Below, piece by piece: positions 40,170 to 52,100 of a stretch of 64,000 bases of DNA. The notes beneath the pieces were generated by a model that saw only the letters and a list, made by a program, of their open reading frames with translations, did no database searches and was not told where the DNA came from. The translations under genes were made by a program, and so were the position numbers. Origin of the DNA: Antedon mediterranea (Eukaryota; Animalia; Echinodermata); contig NC_092672.1 of NCBI RefSeq assembly GCF_964355755.1, forward strand, positions 7,688,001 through 7,752,000, read 5' to 3'. Position 1 is the stretch's first letter. Each line of letters starts with the position of its first letter.

Positions 40170-43100
40170 CTAGGTCAAAACGTCGCTAGGTTGTATGGAT
40201 GCCTCATATACGGTTTTCTTTGTGTAGATACACGGCTCATACTTGTTGCCTGCGGTGTCTTTTGCTGAACTTGTCATTTTACATTCCTAATAGAAAAGAA
40301 CACAAAAAACAATTTAGTATTTGTAAATGTGTATATTATTCGTTATCGTGCATAAGACAAAAATATACTAATAAAAAAAAATAGAAACAGATATACATAC
40401 CATTTCTGCGTTAGACTCCATTGGTAAGTAATCATTTTTCGTCGCATTCTCTAACAAAGTATCTAATTCATTGAACAGTATGTCAAAGGTTGGTCGTTTA
40501 TCAGGAGATTTCTTCCAACATCTTTTCATTATAGAATACCTGTAAAAAATAATATATTTCGTTTTTGAAGAATTTAAGAATGAATAAGACCGTTTAATTT
40601 TTTTAATGTAAATAAATAAAACTATGATAACTTAGGTTTTATTTAAAAACATTGAATGGGCTAAAGCCCTTTTACACCAAATGTGTATAAACATACAGTA
40701 TTAAGTCTATTTTTATAAACGGATCAAATAATATTTTGAATACGTTAAATCATAAAATTAAACTCTTTATTTAAAACAAATTAAACAAATTATGAGTACA
40801 TAGGCTACTAATGCTATAAATAAGCCCCCTTTTAATCATGTACATACTTTATTTAAATTAGTTTTTTCCTATATTAAACGCAGTGATAGACACATATTTA
40901 ATGTAATTATGTTGCTTACACTTGGTGTGGACAGTTGTCTGGCTGTGCCATTCGGTGTCCTTGTTGCATTTTCTTCGGAAGCATTTCTATGAGAACATCC
41001 GGATATGGAACTTTTCCATAAGTAAATATTTCGTACAAAACAACACCAAAAGACCACCTGGATTTTATAATAAACAATTATTCATTTTTAATCACTAATA
41101 TTTTAACAAATGCCCTGCTACAATTCTCACTACTGCGCTTGAAGAGATGAAGTAAAGATGGTTTTGTGTGGTATGTGATGCAAAATACTATGTATGTATA
41201 GTAATAATAAATAGGATAATAATATTAAAAAAAACAAACTTACACGTCACTTTCTGATGACATCCGTTTTTCAAATATTGTTTCCAAGCTATACCATTTT
41301 ACGGGTACCTCACCATCGGATAGTTTGATATAACCTCTCTCATATACGTCTTGTCCGAGCCCAAAATCAGCAACTTTTGCAATTAAGTTTTCTCCAATTA
41401 GAATGTTTCTTGCAGCTAAATCACCGTGAACTATTTTGTTTGCAGCGACATAGTACTACAAATAGATACCAAATAGAATTTAAATCTTAAAAAAAAAAAC
41501 TTCATTATCAAAACAATTAGGTTATATGTAAGTATATAACGTATTAATTCTTAAAATCTTATTTTCAATTCAATCACTCGGGATACTGTGAAAGAAACGG
41601 CGAATTGCTGTACTTATTAGTGTGAACGTTTTGAAAAGGAATATGCTCATTTTTAACCTGTTGGCGTTCTAATTAAGCAAATTCGACAATTAATAATGGA
41701 AATGTAAATGATGTATAATAAATTATGTTAAAAACATAAAAGTAATGATATTTATAATAATAATAATAACTGTCAATAATTAATAATAAAAAAAAAATTG
41801 ATTGATTGCAGCTTAATACTCACCATTCCAGATGTAATTTGTCTGGCTAAACTATATAGTTCTACAAGTCCGATATCGAAGGTTGGGTCAGTGAATTCAA
41901 CTTCTTTCTTCATCTAGTATCGAAAAGCAAAAACAACACAACATCCATCATTTGACAATGTTAAAACACATTTAAATCACATCAATAAACAAAAGATATG
42001 TTGGAGTTAATAATATGTCCACTACCCTAATTGAGTACGTGTTTTTTCGTTGAATAATAGTGAATGAACTATAGCATAGGCCTACAATCTTAACTAATGA
42101 ATTAAAATAATTTTTCATTATTGCTATTTATGAGACATCACCAATGTACATCAAGCTGAGTTTTTAAGAACGTAATAGTGGAAGTGTCTGGTAAACATAA
42201 ATCAACCGAAGCAATTAGGCCTATTCTAGAACCTGGTCATACTCTAGGCCTACCTCCCGCATATGGTGCACACATACCTGCTCTGAGGCTCGTAAGAAGT
42301 GAAGCAAGCTACCATATTTCATGTATTCAGTAATAATTAACAGTGGGTCGTATGTTGTCCTACATTTTAATATACCAAGAACATTTTTGTGATTTGCAAG
42401 TTGGATCATCAAGTCGATTTCATTTTTAAAGTCTTCCTTCTCTCCAGCCGACGACGTTTCTAAATAAGTTTTACAAGATCATAAACAACAGTAGTAACAA
42501 ATAATAATTACTTTAGTGAATTAAGGTGAAGAACTATTTTCTTTTATATTTCATATATACTATTTGATTAGATTACACACATACCTAGTGGCGTCTTTAC
42601 AGCGACATTGATCGCGTTTTCTGCAACGCATTTTAAAGTACATGAAAATACTTTTCCAAAACGGCCTCCACCAATCAAGACGCGACTATCCCAATCAAGA
42701 TGTTCCTTATCCTTTAACTCATGACCCTTGAACTTAATATCCGGTACAAGTCGTGGAATTAGTAACTCTATATTATCTTTCGTTGTAAAAAAGTAATTAA
42801 ACAAAATGGTATTATGGCATATTAATTTACAGATAATTAATGTTATTTACAAACTGTAGCTATGTTAAATTAAATTACCTTGTGTCAAATTTACAGTACG
42901 ATGTTTATTTCTATATCGTAGTGCTAAAAATATCAAAACAGCTAAACACACAGAGGGAACAATTATACCGACCAAGAGAACAGGGGCAATGCTTGTCTGC
43001 AGAGTTGATGGTTCCGTTGTGTAAGTGAAACTGTCAACAGCTTATGATAGAGAAGTATCGATTTATAAAACATATCTTTAGAATAAAATTATAATGTTGG

Positions 43101-46100
43101 GGTTGGTGACAAATGAACTAGTAGTCGTCGTATCGGTAGTTGCAGGATTAGCAATCGTAGTATCGGTAGTAGCAGGATTAGTAGTCGTAGTATCGGTAGT
43201 TGCAGGACTAGTAGTCGTAGTATCGGTAGCTGCAGGACCAGTAGTCGTAGTATCGGTAGTTGCAGGACTAGTAGTCGTAGTATCGGTAGTTGCAGGACTA
43301 GTAGTCGTAGTATCGGTAGGTGCAGGACTAGTAGTCGTAGTATCGGTAGTTGCAGGACTAGTAGTCATAGTATCGGTAGTCCCAGGACTAGTAGTCGTAG
43401 TATCGGTAGTTGCAGGACTAGTAGTCGTAGTATCGGTAGTAGCAGGATTAGTAGTCGTAGTATCGGTAGTTGCAAGACTAGTAGTCGTAGTATCGGTAGT
43501 TGCAGGATTAGAAATCGTAGTATCGGTAGTTGCAGGACTAGTAGTCGTAGTATCGGTAGTTGCAGGACTAGTTGTCGTAGTATCGGTAGTTGCAGGACTA
43601 GTAGTCGTAGTATCGGTAGTTGCAGGACTAGTAGTGGTAGTATCGGTAGTTGCAGGACTAGTAGTCGTAGTATCGGTAGTTGCAGGACTAGTAGTCGTGG
43701 TATCGGTAGTTGCAGGATTAGCAATCGTAGTATCTGTAGTTGCACGACTAGTAGTCGTAGTATCGGTAGTTGCAGGACTAGTAGTCGTAGTATCGGTAGT
43801 TGCAGGATTAGTAGTCGTAGTATCGGTAGTTGCAAGACTAGTAGTCGTAGTATCGGTAGTTGCACGATTAGCAATCGTAGTATCGGTAGTTGCAGGACTA
43901 GTAATCGTAGTATCGGTAGTTGCAGGACTAGTTGTCGTAGTATCGGTAGTTGCAGGACTAGTAGTCGTAGTATCGGTAGTTGCAGGACTAGTAGTGGTAG
44001 TATCGGTAGTAGCAGGACTAGTAGTCGTAGTATCGGTAGTTGCAGGACTAGTAGTCGTGGTATCGGTAGTTGCAGGATTAGCAATCGTAGTATCTGTAGT
44101 TGCACGACTAGTAGTCGTAGTATCGGTAGTTGCAGGACTAGTAGTCGTAGTATCTGTAGTTGCAGGATTAGCAATCGTAGTATCGGTAGTTGCAGGACTA
44201 GTAGTCGTAGTATCGGTAGTTGAAGGACTAGTAGTCGTAGTATCGGTAGGTGCAGGACTAGTAGTCGTAGTATCGGTAGTTGCAGGACTAGTAGTCATAG
44301 TATCGGTAGTCCCAGGACTAGTAGTCGTAGTATCGGTAGTTGCATGACTAGTAGTCGTAGTATCGGTAGTAGCAGGATTAGTAGTCGTAGTATCGGTAGT
44401 TGCAAGACTAGTAGTCGTAGTATCGGTAGTTGCAGGATTAGCAATCGTAATATCGGTAGTTGCAGGACTAGTAGTCGTAGTATCGGTAGTTGCAGGACTA
44501 GTTGTCGTAGTATCGGTAGTTGCAGGACTAGTAGTCGTAGTATCGGTAGTTGCAGGACTAGTAGTGGTAGTATCGGTAGTAGCAGGACTAGTAGTCGTAG
44601 TATCGGTAGTTACAGGACTAGTAGTCGTGGTATCGGTAGTTGCAGGATTAGTAGTCGTAGTATCGGTAGTTGCAGGACTAGTGATTGTAGTATCGGTAGT
44701 TGCAGGACTAGTAGTCGTAGTATCGCCAGTTGCAGGACTAGTAGTCGTAGTATCGTTAGTTGCAGGACTAGTAGTCGTAGTATCGGTAGTTGGAGGACTA
44801 GTAGTCGTAGTATCGGTAGTTGCAGGACTAGTAGTCGTAGTATCGGTAGTTGCAGGATTAGCAATCGTAGTATCGGTAGTTGCAGGAGTAGTAGTCGTAG
44901 TATCAGTAGTTGCAGACTAGTAGTCGTAGTATCGGTAGTTGCAGGATTAGCAATCGTAGTATCGGTAGTAGTAGGACTAGTAGTCGTAGTATCGGTAGTT
45001 GCAGGACTAGTAGTCGTAGTATCGGTAATTGCACGACTAGTAGGCGTAGTATCGGTAGTTGCAGGACTAGTAGTCGTAGTATCGGTAGTTACCGGACTAG
45101 TAGTCGTAGTATCGGTAGTTGCAGGACTAGTAGTCGTAGTATCGGTAGTTGCAGGACTAGTAGTCGTAGTATCGATAGTTGCAGGACTAGTAGTCGTAGT
45201 ACCGGTTGTTGTTGCAGAACTAGTAGGCCTAGTCGTAGTATCCGTAGTTGCAGGACTAGTAGTCGCAGTATCGGTAGTTGCAGGATTAGGAATCGTAGTA
45301 TCGGTAGTAGCAGGACTAGTAGTCGTAATATCGGTAGTTGCAGGACTAGTAGTCTTAGTATCGGTAGTTGCAGGATTAGCAATCGTAGTATCGGTAGTTG
45401 CAGGACTAGTAGTCGTAGTATCAGTAGTTGCAGACTAGTAGTCGTAGTATCGGTAGTTGCAGGATTAGCAATCGTAGTGTCGGTAGTAGCAGGAATAGTA
45501 GTCGTAGTATCGGTAGTTGCAGGACTAGTAGTCGTAGTATCGGTAATTGCACGACTAGTAGTCGTAGTATCGGTAGTTGCAGGACTATTAGTCGCAGTAT
45601 CGGTAGTTACAGGACTAGTAGTCGTAGTATCGGTAAGTTGCAGGACTAGTAGTCGTAGTATCGGTAGTTGCAGGACTAGTAGTCGTAGTATCGGTAGTTG
45701 CAGGACTAGTAGTCGTAGTACCGGTTGTTGTTGCAGGACTAGTAGGCCTAGTCGTAGTATCCGTAGTTGCAGGACTAGTAGTCGCAGTATCGGTAGTTGC
45801 AGGATTAGCAATCGTAGTATCGGTAGTAGCAGGACTAGTAAGCGTATTATCAGTAGTTGCAGGACTAGTAATCGTAGTATCGGTAGTTGCAAGATTAGCA
45901 ATCGTAGTATTGGTAGTTGCAGGACTAGTAGTCGTAGTATCAGTAGTTGCAGACTAGTAGTCGTAGTATCGGTAGTAGCAGGACTAGTAGTCGTAGTATC
46001 GGTAGTAGCACGACTAGTAGTCGTAGTATCGGTAGTTGCAGGACTAGTAGTCGTAGTATCGGTAGTTGCACGACTAGTAGTCGTAGTATCGGTAGTTGCA

Positions 46101-49100
46101 GGACTAGTAGTCGTAGTATCGGTAGTTACAGGACTAGTAGTCGTAGTATCGGTAGGTGCAGGACTAGTAGTCGTAGTATCGGTAGTTGCAGGACTAGTAG
46201 TCATAGTATCGGTAGTCCCAGGACTAGTAGTCGTAGTATCGGTAGTTGCATGACTAGTAGTCGTAGTATCGGTAGTAGCAGGATTAGTAGTCGTAGTATC
46301 GGTAGTTGCAAGACTAGTAGTCGTAGTATCGGTAGTTGCAGGATTAGCAATCGTAATATCGGTAGTTGCAGGACTAGTAGTCGTAGTATCGGTAGTTGCA
46401 GGACTAGTTGTCGTAGTATCGGTAGTTGCAGGACTAGTAGTCGTAGTATCGGTAGTTGCAGGACTAGTAGTGGTAGTATCGGTAGTAGCAGGACTAGTAG
46501 TCGTAGTATCGGTAGTTACAGGACTAGTAGTCGTGGTATCGGTAGTTGCAGGATTAGTAGTCGTAGTATCGGTAGTTGCAGGACTAGTGATTGTAGTATC
46601 GGTAGTTGCAGGACTAGTAGTCGTAGTATCGCCAGTTGCAGGACTAGTAGTCGTAGTATCGTTAGTTGCAGGACTAGTAGTCGTAGTATCGGTAGTTGGA
46701 GGACTAGTAGTCGTAGTATCGGTAGTTGCAGGACTAGTAGTCGTAGTATCGGTAGTTGCAGGATTAGCAATCGTAGTATCGGTAGTTGCAGGAGTAGTAG
46801 TCGTAGTATCAGTAGTTGCAGACTAGTAGTCGTAGTATCGGTAGTTGCAGGATTAGCAATCGTAGTATCGGTAGTAGTAGGACTAGTAGTCGTAGTATCG
46901 GTAGTTGCAGGACTAGTAGTCGTAGTATCGGTAATTGCACGACTAGTAGTCGTAGTATCGGTAGTTGCAGGACTAGTAGTCGTAGTATCGGTAGTTACCG
47001 GACTAGTAGTCGTAGTATCGGTAGTTGCAGGACTAGTAGTCGTAGTATCGGTAGTTGCAGGAGTAGTAGTCGTAGTATCGATAGTTGCAGGACTAGTAGT
47101 CGTAGTACCGGTTGTTGTTGCAGAACTAGTAGGCCTAGTCGTAGTATCCGTAGTTGCAGGACTAGTAGTCGCAGTATCGGTAGTTGCAGGATTAGGAATC
47201 GTAGTATCGGTAGTAGCAGGACTAGTAGTCGTAATATCGGTAGTTGCAGGACTAGTAGTCGTAGTATCGGTAGTTGCAGGATTAGCAATCGTAGTATCGG
47301 TAGTTGCAGGACTAGTAGTCGTAGTATCAGTAGTTGCAGACTAGTAGTCGTAGTATCGGTAGTTGCAGGATTAGCAATCGTAGTGTCGGTAGTAGCAGGA
47401 ATAGTAGTCGTAGTATCGGTAGTTGCAGGACTAGTAGTCGTAGTATCGGTAATTGCACGACTAGTAGTCGTAGTATCGGTAGTTGCAGGACTATTAGTCG
47501 CAGTATCGGTAGTTACAGGACTAGTAGTCGTAGTATCGGTAAGTTGCAGGACTAGTAGTCGTAGTATCGGTAGTTGCAGGACTAGTAGTCGTAGTATCGG
47601 TAGTTGCAGGACTAGTAGTCGTAGTACCGGTTGTTGTTGCAGGACTAGTAGGCCTAGTCGTAGTATCCGTAGTTGCAGGACTAGTAGTCGCAGTATCGGT
47701 AGTTGCAGGATTAGCAATCGTAGTATCGGTAGTAGCAGGACTAGTAAGCGTATTATCAGTAGTTGCAGGACTAGTAATCGTAGTATCGGTAGTTGCAAGA
47801 TTAGCAATCGTAGTATTGGTAGTTGCAAGACTAGTAGTCGTAGTATCAGTAGTTGCAGACTAGTAGTCGTAGTATCGGTAGTAGCAGGACTAGTAGTCGT
47901 AGTATCGGTAGTAGCACGACTAGTAGTCGTAGTATCGGTAGTTGCAGGACTAGTAGTCGTAGTATCGGTAGTTGCACGACTAGTAGTCGTAGTATCGGTA
48001 GTTGCAGGACTAGTAGTCGTAGTATCGGTAGTTACAGGACTAGTAGTCGTAGTATCGGTAGTTGCAGGACTAGTAGTCGTAGTATCGGTAGTTGCATGAC
48101 TATTAGTTGTAGTATCGGTAGTTGCAGGACTAGTAGTCATTGTACCGGTAGTAGCAGGATTATTACAGTATTCGTAGTATCAGTAAGTATCAAGATTAGT
48201 AGTCGTAGTATCGGTATTAGCAGGACTACTACAGAAGTCATAGTATCCGTAGTAGCAGGATTGGTAGTCGTATCCTTAGTAGCAGGACTAGTAGTCGTAG
48301 TATCGGTAGTAGCAGGATTAGTGGTCGTAGTACCGGTAGTAGCAGGACTAGTAGTCGTAGTACCGGTAGTAGCAGGACTAGTAGTCGTAGTATCGGTAGT
48401 AGCAGGACTAGTAGTCGCAGCATCGGTAAGAAGCAGAACTAGTAGTCGGAGTATTTGTAGTAGCATAGTTGTATTAGCCAGTATCAATAATATTAGTAGT
48501 AATACCGGTAGTCGCAGGATTAGTAGAAGTAGTACCATTAGTGGATATATTAGTTGTAGCGGTACCGGTGGAATATACGACTGTGGTAACTTGTGGACGT
48601 TGAATCGGTGCTTTCACAATATTTTTTTCTGTTTTTTTAATAAAAAGAAGAAAAACACAATATTAGCAGGAATAAAAGTCGTAGTATCGGTAGTAACAGG
48701 ATTAATAGTCGTAGTATCGGTATTTGCAGGACTATTAGTCGTAGTATCGGTAGCAGCAGGATTAGTAGTCGTAGTATCGGTAGTTGCAGTACTAGTAGTC
48801 GTAGTATCGGTAGTTGAAGGACTAGTAGTCATAGTATCGGTAATTGCACGACTAGTAGTCGTAGTATCGGTAGTTGCAGAACTATTAGTCGCAGTATCGG
48901 TAGTTACAGGACTAGTAGTCGTAGTATCGGTAAGTTGCAGGACTAGTAGTCGTAGTATCGGTAGTTGCAGGACTAGTAGTCGTAGTATCGGTAGTTGCAG
49001 GACTAGTAGTCGTAGTACCGGTTGTTGTTGCAGGACTAGTAGGCCTAGTCGTAGTATCCGTAGTTGCAGGACTAGTAGTCGCAGTATCGGTAGTTGCAGG

Positions 49101-52100
49101 ATTAGCAATCGTAGTATCGGTAGTAGCAGGACTAGTAAGCGTATTATCAGTAGTTGCAGGACTAGTAGTCGTAGTATCGGTAGTTGCAAGATTAGCAATC
49201 GTAGTATCGGTAGTTGCAGGACTAGTAGTCGTAGTATCAGTAGTTGCAGACTAGAAGTCGTAGTATCGGTAGTAGCAGGACTAGTAGTCGTAGTATCGGT
49301 AGTAGCACGACTAGTAGTCGTAGTATCGGTAGTTGCAGGACTAGTAGTCGTAGTATCGGTAGTTGCACGACTAGTAGTCGTAGTATCGGTGGTTGCAGGA
49401 CTAGTAGTCGTAGTATCGGTAGTTACAGGACTAGTAGTCGTAGTATCGGTAGTTGCAGGACTAGTAGTCGTAGTATCGGTAGTTGCATGACTATTAGTTG
49501 TAGTATCGGTAGTTGCAGGACTAGTAGTCATTGTACCGGTAGTAGCAGGATTATTACAGTATTCGTAGTATCAGTAAGTATCAAGATTAGTAGTCGTAGT
49601 ATCGGTATTAGCAGGACTATTACAGAAGTCATAGTATCCGTAGTAGCAGGATTGGTAGTCGTATCCTTAGTAGCAGGACTAGTAGTCGTAGTATCGGTAG
49701 TAGCAGGATTAGTGGTCGTAGTACCGGTAGTAGCAGGACTAGTAGTCGTAGTACCGGTAGTAGCAGGACTAGTAGTCGTAGTATCGGTAGTAGCAGGACT
49801 AGTAGTCGCAGCATCGGTAAGAAGCAGAACTAGTAGTCGGAGTATTTGTAGTAGCATAGTTGTATTAGCCAGTATCAATAATATTAGTAGTAATACCGGT
49901 AGTCGCAGGATTAGTAGAAGTAGTACCATTAGTGGATATATTAGTTGTAGCGGTACCGGTGGAATATACGACTGTGGTAACTTGTGGACTTTGAATCGGT
50001 GCTTTCACAATATTTTTTTCTGTTTTTTTAATAAAAAGAAGAAAAACACAATATTAGCAGGAATAAAAGTCGTAGTATCGGTAGTAACAGGATTAATAGT
50101 CGTAGTATCGGTATTTGCAGGACTATTAGTCGTAGTATCGGTAGCAGCAGGATTAGTAGTCGTAGTATCGGTAGTTGCAGGACTAGTAGTCGTAGTATCG
50201 GTAGTTGCAGGACTAGTAGTCGTAGTATCGGTAGTAGCAGGATTTGCAATCGTAGTATCGGTAGTAGTCGGACTAGTAGTCGTACTATCGGTAGTAGCAG
50301 GATTTGCAATCGTAGTATCGGTAGTTGCAGGACTAGTAGTCGTAGTATCGGTAGTGCAGGACTAGTAGTCGTAGTATCGGTAGTGCAGGACTAGTAGTCG
50401 TAGTATCGGTAGTAGCAGGATTTGCAATCGTAGTATCGGTAGTTGCAGGACTAGTAGTCGTAGTATCGGTAGTAGCAGGATTTGCAATCGTAGTATCGGT
50501 AGTTGCAGGACTAGTAGTCGTAGTATCGGTAGTTGCAGGACTAGTAGTCGTAGTATCGGTAGTAGCAGGACTAGTAGTCGTAGTATCGGTAGTGCAGGAC
50601 TAGTAGTCGTAGTATCAGTAGTTGCAGGACTAGTAGTCGTAGTATCGGTAGTGGCAGGACTAGCAGACGTAGTATCGGTAGTAGCAGGACTAGTAGTCAT
50701 AGTATTGGTAGTAGCATGACTACACACTAGTAGTCGTGGCATTGGTAATAGCACAGTTCGCATTAATCAATATTGTCAGTAGTATCAATAATATTAGTAG
50801 TAATACCGGTAGTCGCAGGATTAGTAGAAGTAGTACCAGTAGTTGAAGGATTAGTTGTAGCGGTACCGGTGGAATATACGGCTGTGATAATCTGTGAACT
50901 TTGAATCTGTGCTGTCACAATATTTGTATCTGATTTTTTTTAAATAAAAACAAAGACACAATTAACGATGGCCTACACTCACTGAATGATCGATAGTTCC
51001 TCCGGGGTAAACGGAGTTCATACTGTGTTTTTAAAATAAACTCTCACACTTTCTCCGCAAGGAATTGTCTCACTAAAGATGCTAACCGGTTGTGGGCGAC
51101 TATTTATTAGTATGCATAATATGTTATTTAAATGTGTTTATGTCTTTGTCCTAAAAATTGTCTAAAGGGTGTGTCTGAACTTAATCGTCTGAACTTAATT
51201 AATAGAATGGTGCAAATTCTGCGGGAAAAAGTAAGTTTGGGTTTTCTATGTTTTAGTATATCATAGAATAGCATCTATGCCACTTTTAAATTCTTGCAAA
51301 AAAAAAAATCTGATATGTTTTTATCCTGTACAAATATGTTTTTAAATAAATAAATAAAATGCGAAGAGATGAGGCGCACGGCCAGACTAAAATAGTGAAT
51401 TATCTTCTTTTTTAAGTTTTTAAGTCTTTATTACATTTTTCCCACAAATGTGTATATCTACTGTTCTGCACCCAGCTTTATGAACATACCTTCAACATTT
51501 TCTGCAACAAAAATATCATCAACAGCTATAAATCCATACCTAGTAATTCCGGTAATCTTCACATAATTTCGCAATAAACGATTAGTAAATGCTGCACTTG
51601 CAAATGCCCATCCATATCTAATTGACTTAGAAATGTGAATTAAACGATGGGAAGAGCCTTTGAAATGGTGTGTTACCATTAGTGTTGTATCGCTGTTCAT
51701 GTAATAATTAAACTGAATAGATACACTTTTCCAATTTGTTGGTAAATCTGGACTCTGGATGTATTCGGAAGTATACCTTCCATTAGCTTCAACATAAATA
51801 TAATAATTACCTGAAAAAAATTTTGGTAATAATAAAGCAATGTATATTAAAATTAATATGCATTTTTTAAGAAATTGATATCCGCGTCTGCTTTTGCGAC
51901 CTTCTTGTTAAGTTTCTCAAACTGTCTAAGGTCCTGCTTGATTACTGTACTAGTCAAGGCAAAGTCATTAATGATGTGGCCAAACTTCCGAACAGAAAGT
52001 AAAATTAACACGAATTTGATAACAACATAAAAACTTTTAATGTCAGACATGTTTCGTCGTATTGTTATACAACATCATCAGTGAAGTGAGAGCTATACGC

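Larger units (their letters stand above)
28962..41460. repeat. Segmental tandem duplication of about 1-14000 (aGPCR plus kinase C-lobe block)
   Basis: Offset 28961 at the left end (near-identical ORFs at 463 and 29424, 636 and 29597). Homology continues through introns to the HGDLAARN exon; the copies differ by TE insertions and repeat copy number. Confidence 0.95.

Noticed and set aside
43094-50365. Long plus-strand Val-rich and Ser/Arg-rich ORFs and minus-strand Leu-rich ORFs (also at 4306-5161 and 35420-36203)
   Set aside because: Antisense or off-frame shadows of Thr-rich tandem repeats that happen to lack stops.
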